Shown: positions 49,511-59,800 of the stretch, piece after piece | Position numbering within the stretch: the stretch's first letter is position 1 | Layout: the number at the start of each line of letters is the position of its first letter | Origin: Amphiscolops sp. MND2022 | Taxonomy: Eukaryota | DNA length: 64,000 nucleotides | Assembly: GCA_964187785.1 (NCBI GenBank) | Contig: OZ076409.1 | Location: 99,822,001 to 99,886,000, forward strand | Direction: 5' to 3' | Position numbers and translations under genes: made by a program | The notes under the pieces: model-generated | The model's input: the letters and a program-made list of their open reading frames with translations, nothing else | Database searches by the model: none | Told to the model about the DNA's origin: nothing

Positions 49511-52102
49511 TGGCATTCTTGAAGGTCATCCGGGGATCTATCAGTGCACGAGCTGTGGACTTTTTGATCAGGCGGAAGTGCAATGTGGTGAGCACTCCCA
49601 CGCGCCGAAGCCCAGTGACGAGTTAGCCTGGGCTGACAACCGATGGGCTGAGGTAGAATCAGCTGGCATCGCCGCGCACACCGTACCTTTGGAAGATGAC
49701 CGTGTGTTGATGCTGCATCCGGCGGAACCGCCTGCGTTCCACACTCCGATGACATTCACTTGTGGTGCTAAGCAAGTTCAGACCTGCTTGGAGCCTACGA
49801 CGTTCGACCCGCAAGGACGGACGCTGATTTCGATTCAGCTGTTGCTGGCAGCTGAGCAAACGCGTAGACCGACGCTAACCCTGGCGAAGCTGTGGGTCGA
49901 ACTGTCTGTCCTCTACAAACGAAACGAATTGCCTCGACCGAAAGAATGGTACGCTCCGGGAGAGTCTACGACTCTGACGATATACTCCCCAGTGCCAGTC
50001 TGTGCTTCAATGGATGGAGTGGATTTGAAGTTTGAAGCCTGTGTGGTGGTGGATGTGTTTCCCCCTGGCATTTGTCTGGGTCCCCAGGAGCTCAAATGCT
50101 ATAACATCAATCATCAGGAACCTACTGGTGAAGCGCGTTTAGATGAGCGTGCGTCGCTTGTGGTCTCCTTCGTGGTGCCTCATGCAGCACCTATCCCGCT
50201 GCGAGGATTGGTGGACACTGGCTCGGGCGTCTCCATACTGACGTTTTCCGCCTTTAACAGAGTGACAGCTCGAACTGGAACGGTCCTTAAACCCTACCAA
50301 GTTGACCTGTACGCAGCCAACGGGAAGACGATAAAGACCTACGGCCTCGCAGAACATATCCAATTCCAGCTGGGAGGATATGAGCTTGAAACGAACTTTG
50401 GGGTGGTAGATGACGCAATGGGTGTGGAAGACTTCCTACTTGGTCGGAACTTTCTCCGCTCCTACCAGGTGTTAGTGGATCTAACATCTATGAAGATTGT
50501 GGTGCGAGCACCAGTGAAGCCTGTATGGCATCATGCTCACGCACAGGTAGGTGACACTTCGATAGCTACCCCAGTCGTTTTGGATAGTGACTTGGTTCTG
50601 CAACCTTTCGAGCGTGCGGTGGCTAGAGCTAAGCTCGTCACCAATGCACTAGAGCCGCTGATTTTTCAAAGCGTAGCGCTCAATGCCTCTTTGTCTGACA
50701 CTACGTTGCATAATGTCGTCTTTTTAGAGGACAGCGTGGCCACTGTCAGTGAGACAGGGACACTCTTTGTGAGCCTGATAAATCTCACCAGCAACCCTCA
50801 ACGCATGCGGTGTGGTGTACAACTGGGCACCGTAGTACCCGTAACGGTGGTATACCAAGCAGTACCTCAGTGTCTGGACCCTCCCACGACAACCCGCACA
50901 AAGACTAACGCCGACGATAGTCGTGCAAATTTTGTTCATAAAATTTATAGTGAAGTGAATCTGTCCACTGCTTCTGAGTTAACCTCTTCTTCAGAATTTG
51001 AGTTTTTGTCCTCAACTGACCCTAGCGAGGCAGGACTATCGGAGCGCGAAATTCGCAAGCGTACAGACCCAGAGCTAATGGCTCCGATTCCTGGGCCAGA
51101 ATCTCAGTTGCAGGCGGTTAAGGATTTATGGGGCGCTAGCGCCTGCGAGTCTCTCAGTAATCTCCTCGATGAATTCGATGAGCTATTCATGAAGCACAAT
51201 GCTGACATCGGTCGGTGCACTATCGCAAAGCATACCGTAGAGGTGGAACCAGGGGCTGTACCACATCGCGAAGGTGCTCGCCGGATGTCCCCTGAGAAGG
51301 CCGAACGTGCCAATCAGGAGGTGCGGAACCTCTTAGCTCTGGGAATGATACAGCCCTCGCTGTCCCCTTGGGCGAGCGGCATTGTAATGGTGAAAAAGAA
51401 AAACGGGGAGTTGCGCTTTTGCTGCGACTTCCGCCCGTTAAACGAGGTAACCATTAAGGATGCCTACCCCTTGCCCCGTATTGATGAAAGCCTGGCACGG
51501 CTGGGCAAGGCGAAGATTTATACCAGCATAGACCTTGCCTGGGCCTTTTGGCAAATTCCTGTGCGAAAGGCGGATCGCCACAAAACCGCTTTTGCTTGTG
51601 AACTAGGGCTTTTTGAGTGGCGGCGAATGCCATTTGGCATGTGCAATGCATCTGCCACATTCCAGCGATCAATAGCGCGTGCGCTACGGAATATTGTCAA
51701 CCGTGAGGGCAGCTTGGTCATGATATCGTGATTGCCACAGAGACTGTGGAGGACCATATGGCACGCCTACGTGAAGTCTTTGAGTGCCTCCGTGAAGCCG
51801 GTTTCAAAATGCGCGTGGCCAAATGCGATTTCATGAAATCGGAGATCAAGTACTTGGGACGAGTAGTTTCCGCAGACGGAGTGAAGCCCGACCCGAAAGC
51901 CGTCGTCAATTTGCGCGATTGGGAAATTCCCCGTAACAAGACGGAGATGCAGAGCTTCCTCGGATTCGCCAATTACTATCGCGAATTCATCCCTTGGCAC
52001 GCTAAGCTGGTTGCACCCCTGCATGCCGTCACTGGACTGAATGCCACCTTCGCATGGGGTCCTGAACAACAAACCGCATTCAATGAAATCAAGAATCCCT
52101 GA
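49458..52102 (+). pseudogene. pol: Pol of element B, protease-RT part, disrupted
   Basis: LVDTGS protease; RT motifs SPWAS, CDFRPLN, MPFGMCNA; YxDD missing at ~51723 with a frameshift; a second frameshift at ~52095. Confidence 0.9.
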
Positions 52103-52146
52103 TCGAGGCGAGTGCGCTCGCGCAGCCTGATTCCGAGGGAGAGTTT

Positions 52147-55100
52147 GTGTTGGACACTGACGCTATCGCTGTCGCCATTTCTGGTATCCTGCACCAGTGG
52201 CAAGGTCCTCCGGGTGAACGACGCCTGAGGCCAATAGTTTACGGCAGCAAGAAGCTCACTACCACACAAGCTAAGTACGGAGCTCCCAAACTCGAAATGT
52301 TCGCCGCCTACTATTTTATAGTGAAAAACCACAGCTATTTATGTCCCCGGAAATTCACCCTGCGGGTGGACAACCAAGCCTTGTCCTGGTTGAAGACGTA
52401 CTCCACGGATCAAGCGCTAATCGGCCGATGGATTATGACCCTGGAGAAGTATCACTTTCGCGTGGAATATCGCCCAAGAACTCAACATCGAAACGCCGAT
52501 GGCTTGAGCAAACGAACTAACGAGTACCGGTGCCGAGAGAAACAGCTTGCACAGCAGCCAGCCGCGGGCGAACGCTGGAATTTCCTTTCAGCTGACGAAT
52601 TTGATAAACTACCTGTTGCCTCATGGTTCGACCTTCAGGGTCGAGTCATCCCGAATCATCTCGAACTACCTGCGCACCTGCAGAACTTGGAGCCTAGGGC
52701 TCCCAACCAATTGCTACGCGTGCTTCGCCGCACCAAACGAGCGAGCAGGAGGGACAGACAAGCGAAAGCATTCGCAGCACCCTTGCCGCCTCCGCCTTCC
52801 CTTGCACCGCAACCGCACGAGGATGCTTATCCAGACTACCCTGAGGACTGGATTGATGTCACTGATGAAGCTCGCGAAGATTATCTATTGCCGACGCATG
52901 CCGTAAATGTACCTTCACGTACCGTCTATGCTGTTGCCGGGGCGAATCCTGTTGCGTTGCAAGGTACTCCCTCGGGTGTACGCGACTCAATTATGGCTCT
53001 TAAAGACATCGACACTGAACTTCACGAACATGCTCACACCGTGCATGGTATCAAAGACTTGATCCTAGCCCAAAACCGTGATGTTCATGTGCTAGCACTC
53101 AAAAAGTTAGTGCTAAACGAACCCATTAATCATGACGTGTTTCTCGAGAACGTGCGTGAGTTCGCACGCAACTACTACCGTCAGAAGAAAACTCTCCTGT
53201 TTATTAACAAAAATGGTGTGCTTTGCGTACGATACTCTCCCAACCAACGTCCCCTGCACGAACGCCCGTGCATGATCGTCATGCCTCAACTGTACCAGCA
53301 TGAGATTTTATTCCGTGCGCATGACGCCATGATGGGACATCAAGACATCTCCAAAGTGGTGGCTCGGATTCAAGAACGTCACACATGGCCTGGTATTCGA
53401 CGCAGCGTGGGCCGTTACGTTGGCCAATGCCTCACCTGTCAACAGGTTCGAGATAAGCCTGGTGACGTCCGATTCCACCTAAAGAACATCCAGAGTGGGT
53501 ACTTCAACGAATTAGTCCAATACGATCACCTGAAGATCTGCCCCTCAGACAGTAACAACACTGGCATCTTGGTCATAATTGACCATTTCTCCAAGTTCGC
53601 GGAAGCAGTTCCCTGTAGTCATCACGACTACGACGCTGTGACCACCTCTCGGTTGCTGCTGCAAAAGTGGTTCGCCCGTCATGGCACACCTACTCGAATG
53701 CAGTCTGACAATGCTCCAAATTTGACTGCTGAGGTATCCAATGAATTCCTAAGAGCAGCCCACGTTACCAAAGTGACTTCTACGGCTGGCCATCCAAGAA
53801 CCCAAGGCTTGGTGGAGCGTCAAAACCGGACATTATTAACCCTACTGCGAATTTTTTGCTCCCGCCGTATGCGCGACTGGGACCAATGTCTTGATGAGGT
53901 CATGGGCGCTTACAACTCCACGAAGCACGCCACCACTGGCTTCTCACCCTACATGCTGACCCGGGGTGTAGAGAAGGCCATTCCTCTCACGTTTTTGTAT
54001 CCCGAATTTGCAGCCAAATCATTCGAGTCGCATGAGGCGTATGTCGATCATGTGTTGGCTCGCCAGCAAGAAATACATGACTTGGTACGGCGTAATACGC
54101 ACCAAGCCCAATTGCGTCAAAAGTTGAAGTACGACCGTGCTATACAAGCGCGAGCTTACCAAGTGGGCGAGCTCGTCTGGGTTTTCTGCCGCTACGTGCC
54201 GCAAAAAGGTTCCCCGAAATTGATGCGTGCTTGGCGAGGCCCGCACAAGGTTGTACAAGTCTTTCAGGACGGTCGTGTCTATGTACTAGACACAGGTCAA
54301 AAGGTTCATTTTGAGCGTCTTAAACCGCACCACAGTGGCCCACTTGAACTTGCTACTGCACACGCGGACAGTGGTGAGGTGGTGGTACTTATGGACCCCG
54401 AACCTGAACGTTCCGTCGACGTAGTTGATGACGATAGATCTTTATCGTCGTATAAGCCTGAACAACTACTTTCAGAGGCGTCCGATGCATCTTTGCCCTC
54501 ACGTCGACGTCACTGGATGGACACTCGACTACGCACGAAACTTCGTGCAGGCGGCTCCCGCCCGCATTATCAGCAATTTGACTATTCCACCTCGAGTACA
54601 GATGACGAACTATCCGATGCTATGTTGCCGATGCCTCCTAATCCAGTTGACGAGGATCTAGTGGAGCCTGCGGCTCCTCCGGCTGCGTTGGATCAGTCGA
54701 TATCCCCCGCCCGTGTACTACCTCAACTGTTCTCTGACCATGAGCGCGTGCGCTCACCGTCTCCACAGATATCCTCCTCCGAAAAAGAAACATCGTTGCC
54801 TGGAACCTCGGCATCCTTGTTAACGAACCCCTCGCTAACCAATTTCCTTAGTAACTATCCCATATGGCCGACCGCCCCTCCGATTCCTCTCAAGTCTGCC
54901 AGCAGCGTCAGCAACGCTCAGCCCGATCTGCCTGAAGTTCCCGAGACTTCGCCAGGAGCGGGGACCGCTCCTTCTTTCAAAAGGGGGAGGGGGAGACCAC
55001 CCAAGGCACAGAAGAAACGGCTGATCCGAGCGAGAGCAAGGACGAGGAAGAAAGAAACACCGACAAATGTCGAAACCGAAACTGCAATCCAGGCCGAAAC

Positions 55101-56526
55101 GGAAGCTCCTAGAACTGCAGAGACGCTAACAGAGGCATCTGCAACTGCTCTTAGGTATCAATTAAGGAGTAAACGGCAGCCGCGCTACAAATGTGGAACC
55201 TGCGGGCTGCGAGATTGTGTCTGCCTATTAGCTGTGAATGAGAACCGGAGGGTTCCCATTGGAGCCCGGGGAGTTCCTCCGGAAGAGGGAGAAAACTTGG
55301 TGTACCGCCTCACGGTGCGGGCCGAGAAAACCTACTCAGCTGTAGAGCGGTCCGGAGACCACCCTGTAGACACTATCCTGGAGAAGTTGTCACTACCTGG
55401 GGTAGCGAAGGCCCCTTGTCCTAGGTTTAAGGAGTGGACTAGCGATGGAAAGGGCCAGGAGTTTACCCTGCCTACGGTGTTGCCCCCTGTGCCCAGCAAT
55501 ATTTCGTTTGGACCATTCAATTTTGAAAGGGAACCTGTGCAAATGGTCCGATGCATCACTGCCGACTTGTTATGCGATAAGTATGGAGTCCAGGTGGAAC
55601 CAGGAGGGGTATACAGCCCGGCTCCTCACTGGTGGCTGCTGGTAACAGCTCCACGAGTGGAGGCGATGGTGGAACCGTTGAATCTGTTATCCTGTCTAGA
55701 GAGTCTGAGGACCCTCACCACTGTGGACTTAATACTTTGCTTTCACATTATAGACTGGTACCGAGGCAAGGTGAAGTTTGCATGGTGGCTGGAACTAATT
55801 ATTACGTGTTTCGCCACCTATCCCAGAATTCGACTGTTAGATGAGTGGACTCACACTTTCGAGATCCCCCTGTTCCCTAAAGCCGCTCTGGGAACTTTAG
55901 ATACGTGGGTAAAGGCCGGCAGCGACAATCGAGCGATGCCCCGCTCAGTGTGGCGAGACCTGGCTGCAGTCCAAGGGCGTACGCCTCGCGTGTGTCTGCC
56001 CTCCGACAATGGTTCCGGACGAGAGAGTGTTTACCCGGGAGCCCTGTATCCGAATTCTGCCGAACATGTCTCTTACGATGAATCTGATTTTTTGCAGGCC
56101 GAGGGCGACATAGTGTTAGCATGCCCTGCTGACCTAAAGACCAACTCTGCCGCCTTGCGATATGTGCTGCGGGAGTGCGGCATAGAAGATGTATTTGCCT
56201 TACGACCTAAAGTGGGCGAGATTCTCACTATCCCGCCTGATGTGAACCCCAACCCTAATCAAAGTATTCACCTGTTAATAGTCCGTGCTAGCCAGCGCGC
56301 ACCGCTGCTGACCGATGACTACTTGCGCTGCATGACGCACTTGATACAGCGCCTGATAGACAAAGGATCCACACGGGTCCACTTACCCATTCTGGACCCC
56401 GAGAGACCGACTTTCTCGTTGGTCAATTTGTACCATGCTCTAACGAACATGTTCGAAGGAACTGGTATTCGCGTGGTTTTGCATAGCCGCGTATATGTAT
56501 CAATATTAAATGTAGGGCTGGAGTAA
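52147..56526 (+). CDS. pol: Pol of element B, RNase H-integrase with long tail (AT-hook, Cys cluster, two macrodomain-like folds)
   Basis: LDTDA..KLEM..VDNQAL RNase H; H..H..CLTC, YDHL..SDNA..VERQN integrase; WRGPH; KRGRGRPPK; CGTCGLRDCVC. Confidence 0.9.
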   Translation: MLDTDAIAVAISGILHQWQGPPGERRLRPIVYGSKKLTTTQAKYGAPKLEMFAAYYFIVKNHSYLCPRKFTLRVDNQALSWLKTYSTDQALIGRWIMTLEKYHFRVEYRPRTQHRNADGLSKRTNEYRCREKQLAQQPAAGERWNFLSADEFDKLPVASWFDLQGRVIPNHLELPAHLQNLEPRAPNQLLRVLRRTKRASRRDRQAKAFAAPLPPPPSLAPQPHEDAYPDYPEDWIDVTDEAREDYLLPTHAVNVPSRTVYAVAGANPVALQGTPSGVRDSIMALKDIDTELHEHAHTVHGIKDLILAQNRDVHVLALKKLVLNEPINHDVFLENVREFARNYYRQKKTLLFINKNGVLCVRYSPNQRPLHERPCMIVMPQLYQHEILFRAHDAMMGHQDISKVVARIQERHTWPGIRRSVGRYVGQCLTCQQVRDKPGDVRFHLKNIQSGYFNELVQYDHLKICPSDSNNTGILVIIDHFSKFAEAVPCSHHDYDAVTTSRLLLQKWFARHGTPTRMQSDNAPNLTAEVSNEFLRAAHVTKVTSTAGHPRTQGLVERQNRTLLTLLRIFCSRRMRDWDQCLDEVMGAYNSTKHATTGFSPYMLTRGVEKAIPLTFLYPEFAAKSFESHEAYVDHVLARQQEIHDLVRRNTHQAQLRQKLKYDRAIQARAYQVGELVWVFCRYVPQKGSPKLMRAWRGPHKVVQVFQDGRVYVLDTGQKVHFERLKPHHSGPLELATAHADSGEVVVLMDPEPERSVDVVDDDRSLSSYKPEQLLSEASDASLPSRRRHWMDTRLRTKLRAGGSRPHYQQFDYSTSSTDDELSDAMLPMPPNPVDEDLVEPAAPPAALDQSISPARVLPQLFSDHERVRSPSPQISSSEKETSLPGTSASLLTNPSLTNFLSNYPIWPTAPPIPLKSASSVSNAQPDLPEVPETSPGAGTAPSFKRGRGRPPKAQKKRLIRARARTRKKETPTNVETETAIQAETEAPRTAETLTEASATALRYQLRSKRQPRYKCGTCGLRDCVCLLAVNENRRVPIGARGVPPEEGENLVYRLTVRAEKTYSAVERSGDHPVDTILEKLSLPGVAKAPCPRFKEWTSDGKGQEFTLPTVLPPVPSNISFGPFNFEREPVQMVRCITADLLCDKYGVQVEPGGVYSPAPHWWLLVTAPRVEAMVEPLNLLSCLESLRTLTTVDLILCFHIIDWYRGKVKFAWWLELIITCFATYPRIRLLDEWTHTFEIPLFPKAALGTLDTWVKAGSDNRAMPRSVWRDLAAVQGRTPRVCLPSDNGSGRESVYPGALYPNSAEHVSYDESDFLQAEGDIVLACPADLKTNSAALRYVLRECGIEDVFALRPKVGEILTIPPDVNPNPNQSIHLLIVRASQRAPLLTDDYLRCMTHLIQRLIDKGSTRVHLPILDPERPTFSLVNLYHALTNMFEGTGIRVVLHSRVYVSILNVGLE

Positions 56527-56821
56527 CCTTATCATTTTAGTTGTCCCCATTTTCCCTTTGCCCTCAATCCTTGTAATAATCCTTGTAACAACCATGGAAG
56601 AGTCTTGAAATGCTCTCGAAATGTTAATTTGTCATGCTGTTTACTCAAAAGTTTTGTTCTAGTTCGTTAGATAGTTAGAGTTAAATTTTAAGTTTGTAGT
56701 GGCCCCCTTACGGAGCCGATGTTGCATCGCTGTAATTGAGGGACGAGCCAGCCCACGGCTCGCTCCAGAAAGAACTTGCCCCTGTAAGCCTAACAGTGGT
56801 CCTTTTTAGACCTATGCATTA

Positions 56822-59800
56822 ATGGCCCATTGCCCAAACAGTTCAGCGCCTGCAACAGGGCCTAGTAGTGCAAGGCCCCAGAAATCTGCGCGAGCGCAGA
56901 GGGTCAATCAGGCCCAATACGTCGAAGAGAGGCTGCGGGATGGTCTTTCACCAGTAGCCGTTGCTGGGGTAGCTGCCTTACTGACCCAGCTTGAAACGAT
57001 GCTAACGCTGCCAAACGCATCATTGTCGATCACTACGGAGGTGGCAGGCTATCGTCGCACCTTGACGTGTACCAATAATGCCTGGGATGGGTACGACCTG
57101 ACTCACCAGTTCTTAGACGAAAGATCAATCGCAGTGCATGGCCCCAGTCAGGGCACCAGATTCAAACAAGAAGCATCACTGCGTATGATGCCCGTCAATG
57201 TCCCATCGCTGCCGTCTATCTTGGCACCGAATCCAGTGCAGATGACACCGTATGCTGGCTCACTTGCTTTTGGGGCACCATATGGATTCCAGGCAACGAC
57301 AATGCAAAACCCTGCCAATCAATCAGCCTCAAGTCGGGAGCCCTCGGGGTCCCAACTGCCATCAGTGCCTAATCTGAATCTTACTGGACGGAGCACTAGC
57401 GAGCAAGCGGTGATCGTAGCCCTGCAAGCAGTCGCCAACTACCCCAACTCCTCTGACTTCGTCCGTGCAGTTGAACAAAGGATTCCCGGATTGGCACACT
57501 ATTTGCAAGCCGCAGCTCAGTCCTCGGGCTGTGTCACCCCACCCACCACCCTAGCCGAAACTGTGTCCATGGAAGCAGAAACCACGGCCGGACCAAGCAC
57601 CAGCGCTATAACATGTCCCCGTGAGGAAACCGGACGGAAGCGACTTACTGAGGAAAGCATCGTCGCTACGCGCAATAATTCTGTGACCGAGAGTCCGACC
57701 AGTCGTCCCCCTCCGGACAAGCGAGCAGATGTACCCCAGCAATCGCAAATGAAGAGTGTAGTGGTCGTGAGGCCTCCATACCGCGTCGGCCATCTGGGCG
57801 TAGGCGCGCCTCAAATGTCTATGGAAGAGGCCATCAACCGCTACGGCAGTGTGGATGCGAATCCTGAAACGAGTCCTGTGCCCTTGGGCACAGGCTCTGC
57901 CAACATGTCCCTGGAGGTGCCCGAGACAGTCGAGGAGACCAGCCCTCCCGCCTTCCTTCCCCCGTCAGATGATGTATCCGGCTCCGTGGTAACTAGCGAT
58001 AGTAAACGCATCTGGATGGCAGCAGAGTGTTTGCACCCAAACACATGTGCGATTAGAAGAAGAGCACCGCCGTCGGACGCCGATCAAAGAGAGGTGAGCA
58101 GAATCACCATTGCGGCACAAACAACTCGATCGCTACGTGCCCGTGATGCGGACCTGAGTGAGCAAGCCTGGGAACAGCGTGCTCGAGAGCAACTGCCCGC
58201 CACACCCAACAACTACATGGCTCGCCTGCAGCACGACCTCACCGAGCAATTTCCCGCTAGGTACATATTGCGCGAAGGAGAAACCTGGGAAGCGAACGCC
58301 CGCTACGCTCGTAATATCAGGTCAATGAAGCCCCTCTTGAAAGCAGCTCTGCAGCGTGCGCGCTATTGTGTGGCGGTAGATTCGACGTGCAAGAGCGATC
58401 TGCCTATCGATAACCTTCTGCCTGATGTGCTGGTATTAACAATGCCACTCTCCCGCTTCGCCGAAGTCGCAGAGATGGTCGCGGTCATGTATGACCCAAA
58501 CCTGAGAGGGTCTCTAAGAGAGCCACCCCCGCGACGTGTAGTCTTCACCAACTTGATCGACCACATGGCCTGTGAAGGACTGCTACACAACCTGGATGCC
58601 CTCATGGCAGATACCCGTAGACCTGGGAATGTGGCGACCTTAGTAAACGTGGTTGCGGATGCAATGGAGCGTGCAGCAGGGATCCTTCGGGGTCGTCTGG
58701 GAGCGCTCGCGCTCTTCACATCCCCGCCGGGATTCATGTATTGGCAACGAAGCTTGCAGCAGTTTGTATATATCTTGTCTGAGGTGTGCAAGGCGCGCCG
58801 GATCGAGTTTGCCATATGTGCGCCAAATCTTCGGGTTGATCGCGGAGACCTACGCCCCGATGCATTGTCATACCCTGCCTTCTTTGCTGCTGTATCAAGA
58901 GTGCTAATCACTGTGGAGCGATCGGGAAATGCACAACTAACTATCGACGATGCCATACTGTTTGATCATGGAATGTGCATGGGGCGGATGGCCTTCGACT
59001 TGGACGGGAATCGCGTCACGCGAGAATCTAACATGAGTGAGCGAGAGGCTGTTCGACGATATAACTGGCTGGTGCGGAAAGACAAAGAAATTCCCGTACG
59101 AACAGAGCTGGCAGAGCTTGTGAAGGAAATTGAAACATGGCCTGCCGCACGCACGGTCGAAAGGACCATTCCTCAGATTCGGTTTGCCGCGGGAATCGAG
59201 CCTGTCAAGTTGCCCGTGGGCCTGAGGCACATCGTGGCTGTGGAGGCGACCAACTTGAAGACTGAAGTAGATGCCGCCGGATTAACGTATGCCGAATGGT
59301 ATCAGTCCAGATTCGTGGACAGAACCTTGGCCGAGGTAGCTCAAGAGCTTAACTGTCCCTTGGAAGCCTTTTGCACCGGATTAGGCTGGAATATCGATGT
59401 AATAGCCTCTGAGTTCTTGCTCACCAATGTGCAGACTGACAAATTGTTGGAAACCATCGGCGAGACCACTGTCGGAGAGATGTTAGCGCTCGCGCTAACC
59501 ATGGGCCCGACAAAGTTTGTGGCTGGTCCTCTGGCTATGTTAGTCGAGCTGGTAGTATCCAATGATCTAGTCACCTTTTACAGCTACCTGATCCTCGCGC
59601 AGGGACAGCTACGCAGCCGAACTCGATGGGGTCACCTCCTGAATTCCAAGGACCAACAAGATTATGTCACCCAGCTGGAACGCATGCGTGCATCCCTCCA
59701 ACATTGGTTGTATTCCACCCTAGTGTTCGCCTCCGGCTTGTTTGTAGGCGTGGATCAGTCGCAACCCCTGCACAATTCCGAGCGTCAACTCCCTGCGGAA

